A DNA stretch of 64,000 bases from a bacterium (GTDB lineage Bacteria; Patescibacteriota; Minisyncoccia; Phycocordibacterales; UBA2100). Within the stretch, counting starts at the first letter, position 1, and every line of letters starts with the position of its first letter. The stretch lies in the NCBI GenBank assembly GCA_030648265.1, contig JAUSHX010000028.1, positions 249 through 64,248 of the forward strand, given 5' to 3'. A program made the translations under genes and the position numbers. Positions 9,628-20,271 of this stretch are shown piece by piece. The notes beneath the pieces were generated by a model. It did not search any database and was not told the origin of the DNA. It was given only the letters and a program-made list of their open reading frames with translations.

Positions 9628-10839
9628 ATGTCCGTCTTCACCTACACAGCAATGGATGCCGAGGGAAACGAAAGAGCCGGCACCATTGATGCGGTAAACC
9701 TGGATCTTGCCATTATTGCGATACAGCGGCGCGGGCTCGTCATATCCAACATTGAAAGCGCCGATAAACCAGCGTCTAAATTCGGGGGGCGCATTGCATT
9801 TTTTGACCGCGTAAAGAACAGCGATATTGTTATTCTTTCCCGCCAGATTACGACTCTTTTTGAAGCGCAAGTTTCAGCGCTCCGCGCTTTTCAGCTTTTG
9901 GCGTCTGAAGCGCGCACGCCAAAGCTTGCGGAGAAATTAAGCGCTATCGCAAGCGACATACAGAGCGGCAGTACGATATCCACCGCGCTCTCGCATCACC
10001 CGGATGTGTTCACGCCGTTTTACGTGAACATGGTGCGGGCGGGCGAAGAATCGGGGAAACTGGATGAGACGTTTTCCTTTCTTGCCGATTACATGGACAG
10101 AAATTATGAAATCACCCAAAAGGCGAAGAACGCGCTTATCTATCCGGCGTTCGTAATGTCCACATTTATTATCGTGATGATGCTCATGATGACTCTCGTA
10201 GTCCCGAACTTGGCAAGCATGCTTGCCGATGTCGGGCAGAGCGTCCCGATCTACACCAAGGTTGTCATCGCCATGAGTTCATTTGTGTCCAGATACATCC
10301 TGCTTATCATTATTTTGCTCGTTTTTCTGGTTGTATTTTTGGTGCGTTACTCGCAGACCGAGGCCGGGGAGAGGGCGTTATCAAAAGCGCGGATGCAGAT
10401 TCCCTACATCGGGTCCGTGTATCAGAAACTTTTTCTTTCGCGCCTTGCCGACAACCTCTCCACGATGCTCCGTAGCGGTATCCAGATTTTGCGCGGCATT
10501 GAAATAACCGGAACGGTGGTGGGCGACCACGTCTATGAAGATATTCTCAAAGCAGTTTCGTCCGATGTGAAAGGCGGCATGCCGGTTTCGGAAGCATTCA
10601 GGCGGCATCCGGAAATTCCGGGAATCGTCGTCGCAATGATAAAAATCGGCGAGGAGACGGGAAACATGGGAAGCATTCTTGATACAATGGCGAAGTTTTA
10701 CAGACGGGAGGTGAACAGCTCAATTGATACACTCGTCAGTTTGATAGAGCCGTTTATGATAGTCATGCTTGCGGTCGGCGTTGGCGTGCTCCTGTCCGCG
10801 GTTCTTATTCCTATATACAATATAGCTTCTAGCTTCTAA
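9628..10839 (+). CDS. pilC: type IV pilus platform protein PilC (GspF family)
   Basis: 403 aa with two T2SSF repeats and three TM regions. Confidence 0.9.
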   Translation: MSVFTYTAMDAEGNERAGTIDAVNLDLAIIAIQRRGLVISNIESADKPASKFGGRIAFFDRVKNSDIVILSRQITTLFEAQVSALRAFQLLASEARTPKLAEKLSAIASDIQSGSTISTALSHHPDVFTPFYVNMVRAGEESGKLDETFSFLADYMDRNYEITQKAKNALIYPAFVMSTFIIVMMLMMTLVVPNLASMLADVGQSVPIYTKVVIAMSSFVSRYILLIIILLVFLVVFLVRYSQTEAGERALSKARMQIPYIGSVYQKLFLSRLADNLSTMLRSGIQILRGIEITGTVVGDHVYEDILKAVSSDVKGGMPVSEAFRRHPEIPGIVVAMIKIGEETGNMGSILDTMAKFYRREVNSSIDTLVSLIEPFMIVMLAVGVGVLLSAVLIPIYNIASSF

Positions 10840-10953
10840 CCCCTTACCACTTTGATATCCCTCAACACTCTTCAGAACCGATACTTAGTTGAAACGGTCT
10901 CTGCGATGTATTGGATTTGATGTTTCAGGAACGGATGTCAAAGTGGTAAGGGG
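10840..10953 (+). repeat. central-hairpin element copy D (no conserved right arm)
   Basis: CCCCTTACCACTTTGATATCC (10840-10860) pairs with GGATGTCAAAGTGGTAAGGGG (10933-10953). The loop is homologous to the loop of copy C. Confidence 0.8.
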
Positions 10954-11045
10954 TTGTCCACACCCTCTCGTTGAGATGCCGGAAAGAGGTATACAATTGA
11001 GCCACGCGCTTCAAAGTGCCGATTAAAGGTTAATAACGATTAAAC

Positions 11046-11540
11046 ATGAAAGCACGCAGGATGCCCGCTTTGATGGCAGTCAGACTAAAAGGATTCACGC
11101 TCATAGAGCTCTTGGTGGTCATTGCCATCATCGGTATCTTGTCGTCAGTGGTTCTCGCATCACTGAATACTGCGCGGCAGAAGGGCCGCGACTCTCGGCG
11201 CGTTTCCGATTTGAGGCAAATGTCCAACGCAGTCGCACTCCTCGGAGAGACGACCGCGTTTGTCGGTTGTACAACAAGCGGTGTTCTCGCTAGCACATGC
11301 ACCACCCCGGATATTTCGGGGTATACCGATCCATCTTCCTCCACTGTATGCGGGACAGGCGCGCTTTCCGCGGTCTGTAACTATCGCGTGGCCAAAAGAA
11401 GCGCGAGCGGTGCGCCGGCCGCGAACGACTGGCAGGTCTGCGCTTATCTGGAAGTTGGCGCCGGCACGCTTACCTCCGGGGCGGTTCACGTCGGTAGTGA
11501 CACAAGTTATGCGGTAGCGCAAGGCCCTTGCACTTTCTAG
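11046..11540 (+). CDS. type IV pilin (prepilin with class III signal)
   Basis: [36 protein letters not shown]-terminus. Alternative start at 11073 gives a 7-aa leader. Confidence 0.85.
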   Translation: MKARRMPALMAVRLKGFTLIELLVVIAIIGILSSVVLASLNTARQKGRDSRRVSDLRQMSNAVALLGETTAFVGCTTSGVLASTCTTPDISGYTDPSSSTVCGTGALSAVCNYRVAKRSASGAPAANDWQVCAYLEVGAGTLTSGAVHVGSDTSYAVAQGPCTF

Positions 11541-11581
11541 CTGTGTGATATTATTAGGTATTAATTAATAATAATTTAGTT

Positions 11582-12064
11582 ATGAATATGATTAGAATGA
11601 AGAACAAAGGATTCACGCTCATAGAGCTCTTGGTGGTCATTGCCATCATCGGGATTTTGTCGTCAGTGGTTCTCGCATCACTGAATACTGCACGGCAGAA
11701 GGGTCGTGATGCGCGCCGGATTTCCGACGTGAAGCAGATTCAGCTTGCTCTTGAGCTTTATTACGATTCCAACCAGTTCTATCCTCTCACAATAGGAACC
11801 ACGGCAAGCAGTGTCCTGATAACGGGCAGTTACATTTCCAGTATTCCCGTAGACCCGGTGTCTAACGTTACCTATTCATATGCGCCTCTGGCGACGGCTG
11901 GCGCTACCACCGCGGCTACGGCATGTTCCTCATCGTCTGTATGTGCGAGTTACGTTCTACTTGCGACTCTTGAGAATACCACTAACACGGTTCTTAGCTC
12001 TGACGTTGATACCGGTCTCGGGGCTCTTACCTGTACTGACCCCGCATACTGCGTAACTCCGTAG
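11582..12064 (+). CDS. type IV pilin paralog 2
   Basis: [19 protein letters not shown]. The 5' ~130 nt are nearly identical to the neighbouring pilin genes. Confidence 0.85.
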   Translation: MNMIRMKNKGFTLIELLVVIAIIGILSSVVLASLNTARQKGRDARRISDVKQIQLALELYYDSNQFYPLTIGTTASSVLITGSYISSIPVDPVSNVTYSYAPLATAGATTAATACSSSSVCASYVLLATLENTTNTVLSSDVDTGLGALTCTDPAYCVTP

Positions 12065-12110
12065 ATCGGGATTTTATCAGGCATTAATTAGTAATAATTT
12101 AATCATTAGT

Positions 12111-12590
12111 ATGATTCGAATGAAAAGTAAGGGCTTTACGCTCATAGAGCTTTTGGTGGTCATTGCCATCATCGGAATCTTGTCGTCAGTCGTTCTCGCG
12201 TCTCTCAACACCGCCAGGCAAAAGGGCCGTGATGCGCGCCGGATTTCGGATATCAAGCAAATACGAACTGCCATGGACTTGTATTACGATTCTGCGCAGA
12301 CATATCCGCTATCAATCGGCACCGCTTCCAGCAGCGTTCTGGTAACCGGCGGTTACATATCAACGATCCCTACGGACCCTACATCGCTCGCTTCATATTC
12401 GTACGCACCGCTTGAAACTGCCGGAGATGCCCTCGCATCCTCCGCATGTGATTCAACGACTCCGTGCGCAAGTTATGTCATTGCTGCGACCTTGGAAAAT
12501 ACCAGTAACACAGTTCTTTCCTCCGACTCTGACGCAAATACGATTGGGGGACTAAATTGTACGGACCCATTGTACTGTGTGACCCAGTAG
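12111..12590 (+). CDS. type IV pilin paralog 3
   Basis: [17 protein letters not shown]. The C-terminal CTDP-YCVT motif is shared with paralog 2. Confidence 0.85.
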   Translation: MIRMKSKGFTLIELLVVIAIIGILSSVVLASLNTARQKGRDARRISDIKQIRTAMDLYYDSAQTYPLSIGTASSSVLVTGGYISTIPTDPTSLASYSYAPLETAGDALASSACDSTTPCASYVIAATLENTSNTVLSSDSDANTIGGLNCTDPLYCVTQ

Positions 12591-12611
12591 GAAGAGTGAA
12601 TAATCGCACAA

Positions 12612-12659
12612 CCCACCCCACCACTTTTGCCTCTTTAGCGTGGCAAAAGTGGTGGGGGG
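12612..12659 (+). repeat. central-hairpin element copy E (short loop, terminator-like)
   Basis: CCCACCCCACCACTTTTGCC ... GGCAAAAGTGGTGGGGGG. Confidence 0.75.
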
Positions 12660-12676
12660 TGCGATAATACACGCAC

Positions 12677-13501
12677 ATGCTTGCTGTAATGTACGGTTTG
12701 TTCGGTCTTATAATCGGCAGTTTCGTAAATGTTGTTGTATTGCGCTCCGGAGTGCTTTCACTTTCCGGCAAAAGCGGATGTATGTCGTGCGGCGCAAAAA
12801 TCAAATGGTATGACCTTATTCCGGTTCTTTCTTGGCTTGCACTCCGCGGAAGATGCCGCGCGTGCGGAAGCCGCATTTCCGTGCAATATCCAGCGGTGGA
12901 ACTTGGAACGGGGGTTTCTTTCGCGCTTATCGGCGGGGCCTCTTTGCCGCCTCTCGCGACACTCCTCGGGTTGCTTATATGCTCGGTTCTTATCGCAATT
13001 GCAGTCTATGACCTCCGGCATACCATTATTCCGGATGCGTGGGTGTGGAGCTTCAATGCACTAGCTCTTATCTCTATCTTTCTTCCTGAAAGCAGTCTGA
13101 CTGCCTTTAGCAGTCAGACTGCTTTCGATACCATCGCAGGTCCCATTGTCGCCGCTCCGCTTTTCGTTCTATGGCTCGTGTCACGCGGAAAATGGATTGG
13201 ATTGGGTGATTCCAAACTCGCTCTGGGGATCGGCTGGCTTCTAGGTTCGCTTGCAGGCATTAAAGCGGTACTCTTGGCTTTCATTCTCGGAGCGATAATC
13301 GGGCTTGCGCTGATTTTCTTTTCATCTGCCTTGTGGAATAGGATTGTGAAGCAATTTATCCAGCACCACTCATGGCACATGAGTGGTGCTGGGATTACAA
13401 TGAAGAGTGAAATTCCATTCGGACCGTTTTTAATCGCGGCTTGTCTGTTCGTATGGATATCACAGATATATCACATCCCGATTCCTTTTTTATGGCAGTA
13501 A
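12677..13501 (+). CDS. pilD: prepilin peptidase / N-methyltransferase PilD (A24 family)
   Basis: N-terminal CxxC..CxxC domain (CMSCGAKI ... CRACGSRI). Catalytic Asp motifs AVYDL and GLGDSKL. Confidence 0.85.
   Translation: MLAVMYGLFGLIIGSFVNVVVLRSGVLSLSGKSGCMSCGAKIKWYDLIPVLSWLALRGRCRACGSRISVQYPAVELGTGVSFALIGGASLPPLATLLGLLICSVLIAIAVYDLRHTIIPDAWVWSFNALALISIFLPESSLTAFSSQTAFDTIAGPIVAAPLFVLWLVSRGKWIGLGDSKLALGIGWLLGSLAGIKAVLLAFILGAIIGLALIFFSSALWNRIVKQFIQHHSWHMSGAGITMKSEIPFGPFLIAACLFVWISQIYHIPIPFLWQ
13088..13126. repeat. 39-nt perfect inverted repeat inside the pilD CDS, in frame
   Basis: GAAAGCAGTCTGACTGC-CTTTA-GCAGTCAGACTGCTTTC encodes ESSLTAFSSQTAF in a loop between TM segments. Confidence 0.85.
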
Positions 13502-14343
13502 CCCCTTACCACTTTTCCTATGTCTACATTCTGAACAGTATGCGGTTTCCACGACGAATATATATTGGTTTTACAAACAATCTTAGAAAACGCTTCGGTC
13601 AACACAACGACGGGGAAGTAATCTCGACAAAGCAATATGCACCATGGGAATTACTTTATTATGAAGCGTTTTCTAAGGAGCGATTCGCGCGCCAACGTGA
13701 GTTGCATCTCAAGAATAATGGCAACCCTATGCGCGAGTTGAAAAAACGTATCGGCTTTGATTCCGTTAGGAAAAGTGGTAAGGGGGGCTTCACCCTCATG
13801 GAGCTTATTGTTGTCACTGGTATCATTGTTGTCATCACATCCGTTGTCCTTGCAAACAATAACAGATACGGCGGGTCGGTTCTTCTGCAAAACCTGGCGT
13901 ATGACATCGCACTTTCAATACGGCAGGCGCAAGTATACGGAATATCGGTGCGCGGTCTCGGTGCGAGCAATTTCAGCATTGGATACGGAATGCATTTTGC
14001 AATGAACGACTCTACGCACTATGAGCTTTTTTCGGATGCGGACAACAACGGATTATTCAGTGATGCTTCCGAAAATGTCTCTCCATCGCCGTATGTAATC
14101 GGTCGCAATTATTACATCGCGAAGCTTTGCGCGCCCGCCGGCACAAAATTATCTGACAATTCCTATGAATGTACTTCCGTCACCCAGCTTGATGTGCTGT
14201 ACAAACGCCCCGAACCGGATGCAGCCATTCGCATTCCCGGGACATCATCCTTGCAGGACAGCGCACGCATTATAGTTGAATCCCCGCGCGGGGATATTTT
14301 GAGCATCGTCGTTGATGCAACAGGGCAGATATCGGTACAGTAG
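13492..14343 (+). CDS. continuous ORF: GIY-YIG nuclease domain fused in frame to a minor (pseudo)pilin
   Basis: MAVTPYHFSYVYILNS..RIYIGFTNNLRKRFGQH..LLYYEAF (GIY, YIG, R and E all present) runs without a stop into RKSGKGG-FTLMELIVV. An internal ATG at 13729 would give an ordinary 20-aa prepilin leader. The ATG at 13492 overlaps the pilD stop. Confidence 0.7.
   Translation: MAVTPYHFSYVYILNSMRFPRRIYIGFTNNLRKRFGQHNDGEVISTKQYAPWELLYYEAFSKERFARQRELHLKNNGNPMRELKKRIGFDSVRKSGKGGFTLMELIVVTGIIVVITSVVLANNNRYGGSVLLQNLAYDIALSIRQAQVYGISVRGLGASNFSIGYGMHFAMNDSTHYELFSDADNNGLFSDASENVSPSPYVIGRNYYIAKLCAPAGTKLSDNSYECTSVTQLDVLYKRPEPDAAIRIPGTSSLQDSARIIVESPRGDILSIVVDATGQISVQ
13501..13787 (+). mobile_element. hairpin-bounded GIY-YIG module (full-length copy F)
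   Basis: IR ACCCCTTACCACTTTT (13501-13516) pairs with AAAAGTGGTAAGGGG (13771-13787) around the GIY-YIG coding region. The IR core is the same as in copy D. Confidence 0.6.
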
Positions 14344-14345
14344 TT

Positions 14346-15020
14346 ATGACCCCTTACCACTTTTTTCATGAACGTGAGCTGAATCTCAAAAACAGCGCTA
14401 ACCTCGTGCAAAAGTCGCAAAGACGCAGTAGTCACGATTCCGTTAGGAAAAGTGGTAAGGGGGGCTTCACCCTCGTTGAATTGATTGTCTCGGTTGGGCT
14501 TTTTGCTATCGTCATGCTTATTTCGGTCGGCGCTCTCCTGGCTCTTACGGGAGCCAATCGTAAAGCGCAGGCGCTCCAATCTGTTATGAACAATCTGAAT
14601 ATCGCTTTAGACGGCATGGTGCGTTCTATCCGCATGGGAAGCAATTTTCATTGCGGGTCGGGCGTATTTAACGGCACAAACAATCTTGACGACTGTCCGA
14701 ACGGCAATACGGTGCTCGTATTTAAACCGTTCGGAGGGAATCTGAATCAGCGGGGTTATCTGTTTGATACCGGCGGTACATACTGCGGCCAAAATCGGAT
14801 TTGCAAATCTGCAGATGGCGGGGCGCATTATGTCGCTCTCACGTCTCCGGAGGTGACGATAGACAGCATGAAATTTTATGTACAAGGGAGTACGCCGGGC
14901 GATACGGAACAACCGAAGGTCGTCATTACCGTAGAGGGCACGGCGGGTGCGGCAAATATGAAAACAAAGACGACGTTCAGCATTCAGGCGACGGCCGTAC
15001 AACGGCTCTTAGACCTATGA
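14346..15020 (+). CDS. minor (pseudo)pilin with 40-aa element-derived leader
   Basis: MTPYHFFHERELNLKN...RKSGKGG-FTLVELIV. Alternative GTG start at 14406. Confidence 0.75.
   Translation: MTPYHFFHERELNLKNSANLVQKSQRRSSHDSVRKSGKGGFTLVELIVSVGLFAIVMLISVGALLALTGANRKAQALQSVMNNLNIALDGMVRSIRMGSNFHCGSGVFNGTNNLDDCPNGNTVLVFKPFGGNLNQRGYLFDTGGTYCGQNRICKSADGGAHYVALTSPEVTIDSMKFYVQGSTPGDTEQPKVVITVEGTAGAANMKTKTTFSIQATAVQRLLDL
14349..14464 (+). mobile_element. internally deleted GIY-YIG module (copy G)
   Basis: Same IRs (14349-14364 and 14448-14464). It retains only the PYHF and ERELNLKN ends of the GIY-YIG ORF. Confidence 0.6.
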
Positions 15021-15658
15021 CCCCTTACCACTTTTTCCATGAACGTGAGCTGAATCTCAAAAACGGTGCTAATCTCATGCAAAAGTCGCAAAGATGCAGT
15101 AGTCACGATTCCATTAGAAAAAGTGGTAAGGGGGGCTTTACTCTTGTGGAAACGCTGGTAGCGATTTCGTTGCTCACAATCGCGATTGTTGCTCCGATGA
15201 CTCTTACGACACAAAGTCTTGGAAGCGCCTATTATGCCCGCGACCAAATAACGGCTTTCCACATCGCGCAGGAGGCGATTGAGTCCGTACGGCATGCGAG
15301 AGACCGTAACGTCCTGAAAAATGCGCTCGGTACAACAGTGAATCTGCTTGATGGTTTTCCCGCTTTGAACGGCGACCCATTTACGGTTGATACGACCAAC
15401 GGTGACGCCATGGAACTGTGCTCCGGTACGTGTCAAGCTTTGAGAAAAAGCAACGAAGGGCTGTATGGCTATAATCCCGCATGGAATAAGACTTATTTTA
15501 CTCGTACCGTCAACGCAACATTCGTACCCGAAAGCAATAATGATGAGGTTAATGTTTCCGTAACAGTTTCCTGGCAGACAGGAAGTTTCAACAGCCGCTC
15601 TTTCACGATTTCGGACAATCTTTTCAGGTGGGTGAACGACGGAAGCGCGTCGCAATAA
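15017..15658 (+). CDS. minor (pseudo)pilin with 40-aa element-derived leader
   Basis: ATGA overlap with the previous gene. MTPYHFFHERELNLKN...RKSGKGG-FTLVETLVA. Alternative ATG at 15077. Confidence 0.75.
   Translation: MTPYHFFHERELNLKNGANLMQKSQRCSSHDSIRKSGKGGFTLVETLVAISLLTIAIVAPMTLTTQSLGSAYYARDQITAFHIAQEAIESVRHARDRNVLKNALGTTVNLLDGFPALNGDPFTVDTTNGDAMELCSGTCQALRKSNEGLYGYNPAWNKTYFTRTVNATFVPESNNDEVNVSVTVSWQTGSFNSRSFTISDNLFRWVNDGSASQ
15020..15135 (+). mobile_element. internally deleted GIY-YIG module (copy H)
   Basis: About 93 percent identical to copy G over 122 nt by manual alignment. Identity collapses right after GGGGGGCTT. Confidence 0.6.
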
Positions 15659-15665
15659 AAATACT

Positions 15666-16240
15666 ATGAAAAAGTTTACAGTTTACAGTTTACAGTTTAC
15701 GGAATGGACGCGGCGAGTATTCCGCTGTCAACTGTCAACTGTCAACTGTCAACCGCGCGAGCGCGGTTTTACCCTTCTCCTTGCCGCGCTTGTTTCTTCC
15801 GTCGTCCTTGCCCTTGGCGTTTCAATATTTGAAATTGCTCTAAAACAAGTTAGTCTTTCGTCCATGGGGCGCGAATCGCAGTTCGCTTTTTATGCCGCCG
15901 ACACCGGCGCAGAATGCGCTCTCTATTGGGATGTTCGATGGAATTATTTTGCTACGACGACGCCGTCAAGCGTTGTGCCGCCGCAACCGAAATGCGCCAC
16001 GCAATCACTCAATGCGCTCGGACGCCCGACATCCCCCACGGACCCGTATACGATGACTTTCCAGTTTGACCCGAGCAACAAGTGCGCGCAAGTCAGTATT
16101 AAGAAATGCGCTGCCGTTGGTCTCTGCGATCCGGAGAACCCGCAAATTCATACGGTCATTCATGCCGACGGCTTCAATACATCCTGTGCGACTATAAGCA
16201 CGAGCGCACGTGCGCTTCAGCGTTCTGTGGAAATACAATA

Positions 16241-16244
<4 letters not shown>
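15666..16244 (+). CDS. minor (pseudo)pilin with heptamer-repeat-encoded leader
   Basis: ...CQPRERG-FTLLLAALVSSVVLAL. There is no in-frame ATG, GTG or TTG between the repeat and GFTLL. Confidence 0.65.
15674..15753 (+). repeat. heptamer-array inverted repeat (GTTTACA)n / (CTGTCAA)n
   Basis: Left arm 15674-15702 and right arm 15722-15753. Each 7-nt register has 6 complementary positions and 1 mismatch. Confidence 0.8.
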
Positions 16245-18700
<2,456 letters not shown>

Positions 18701-18719
18701 GGTATAGCCATTAGAATAT

Positions 18720-20144
18720 ATGGATTTAAAATCATTGACAATTAAAGAGGCGCGCAAATCGCTTGATGCAAAAGAGTATTCCGCGCTTGAACTTACTGAT
18801 GCATATTTGAAAGCGATTCACGAGCGCGATGGGGAAATACACGCCTATCTGGAAGTGTGGGAAAAAACAGCGCGAGAGGAAGCAAAAGAAGCCGACGAAA
18901 TGATTGCACGCGGAGAATCGCAATCTCTCACTGGCATTCCGATTGCGGTCAAGGATAATATTTTGATTGATGGCCGCATTGCGAGCGCCGGTTCAAAAAT
19001 GCTTGAGAACTACACGGCTTCATACGACGCGACTGTCATAACAAAACTGAAGAGCCAAGGCGCGGTTTTTCTCGGACGCACGAACATGGATGAATTCGCG
19101 ATGGGAAGTTCCACCGAGAATTCTGCATTTGGCCCGAGTAAGAATCCCATAGATATTAAACGTGTTCCCGGGGGGTCATCCGGCGGGTCTGCCGCAGCTG
19201 TCGCCGGTGACTTGGCCCTCGCCGCTTTGGGCAGTGATACCGGCGGCTCTATCCGACAGCCGGCGTCTTTAACAGGCCTTGTTGGGCTTAAGCCGACATA
19301 TGGTGCAGTCTCCCGATACGGCTTGATTGCGATGGGCTCATCATTGGATCAAATTGGCCCGCTTACGAAGACCATTGACGATGCAAGAATTATCTTTGAC
19401 GCCATATGTGGCAACGACAAAAATGACAGCACATCATTGCCAAATTCTCCAAGGTCCGACCTTGGGAATTCAAAAGGTCGGACCTTGAAAATCGGAGTTC
19501 CGCGCGTCTTTCTAGCAAGTGGAGTGAATTCTGACGTCTTGGCAAATTTCGAGAAGACACTTTCGCGTTTAGAAAAGAATGGGCACAAGATTAAAGATGT
19601 TGATTTGCCAAGCCTTCCATCTGCGCTTGCTGTCTACTACATAGTTATGCCCGCAGAAAGTTCTACCAATCTCGCGCGATTTGATGGAATTCGTTACGGC
19701 CTTTCAGTTCCTGCTCTTAATATTCAAGAAGTGTATGCAAAAACGCGCGGACAAGGGTTTGGCCCTGAAGTACGGCGCAGAATTCTTCTCGGCACCTTTG
19801 TGCTTTCATCCGGCTACGCAGATGCATACTATCGTAAAGCTCTCGCAGTGCGGGAGATAATTCGGGCGGACTTTGCACGCGTCCTTGGTTCAGTTGATGC
19901 GATAGTCACGCCCACAACGCCGGGGCCTGCATTTAAATTTGGAGAGAAGTCCGACCCGCTTGCGATGTATCTTGAAGATATTTTTACTGTTCCCGTGAAT
20001 CTTGCAGGCGTGCCGGCGCTGTCCGTTCCTATGGGCACTGTCGCGCGCGAAGGGAAAGATTTGCCGGTAGGATTCCAGATAATCGGTCCACACGGCAATG
20101 AAGAAATGTTGTTCCAAATAGGTAACGATATTGAGAGGGAATAG
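18720..20144 (+). CDS. gatA: Asp/Glu-tRNA amidotransferase subunit A (amidase)
   Basis: Amidase signature GGSSGGSAAAVA, 474 aa. Confidence 0.9.
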   Translation: MDLKSLTIKEARKSLDAKEYSALELTDAYLKAIHERDGEIHAYLEVWEKTAREEAKEADEMIARGESQSLTGIPIAVKDNILIDGRIASAGSKMLENYTASYDATVITKLKSQGAVFLGRTNMDEFAMGSSTENSAFGPSKNPIDIKRVPGGSSGGSAAAVAGDLALAALGSDTGGSIRQPASLTGLVGLKPTYGAVSRYGLIAMGSSLDQIGPLTKTIDDARIIFDAICGNDKNDSTSLPNSPRSDLGNSKGRTLKIGVPRVFLASGVNSDVLANFEKTLSRLEKNGHKIKDVDLPSLPSALAVYYIVMPAESSTNLARFDGIRYGLSVPALNIQEVYAKTRGQGFGPEVRRRILLGTFVLSSGYADAYYRKALAVREIIRADFARVLGSVDAIVTPTTPGPAFKFGEKSDPLAMYLEDIFTVPVNLAGVPALSVPMGTVAREGKDLPVGFQIIGPHGNEEMLFQIGNDIERE

Positions 20145-20271
20145 CAAGCCCCGAGATGACAGGACCATTTTTCGGGCCCCGCCTCCAAGATAAATCCTAA
20201 ACAAGTCTATTTACGGGGCGAGCCCCGTGGAGAACCGATGCGCGGTTCTCTTTACGGGGTATAATCTCCCC

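Noticed and set aside
14801-15016. Upstream extension of the third minor-pilin ORF
   Set aside because: It overlaps the preceding pilin gene in another frame. The conserved MTPYHF start at 15017 matches the copy at 14346.
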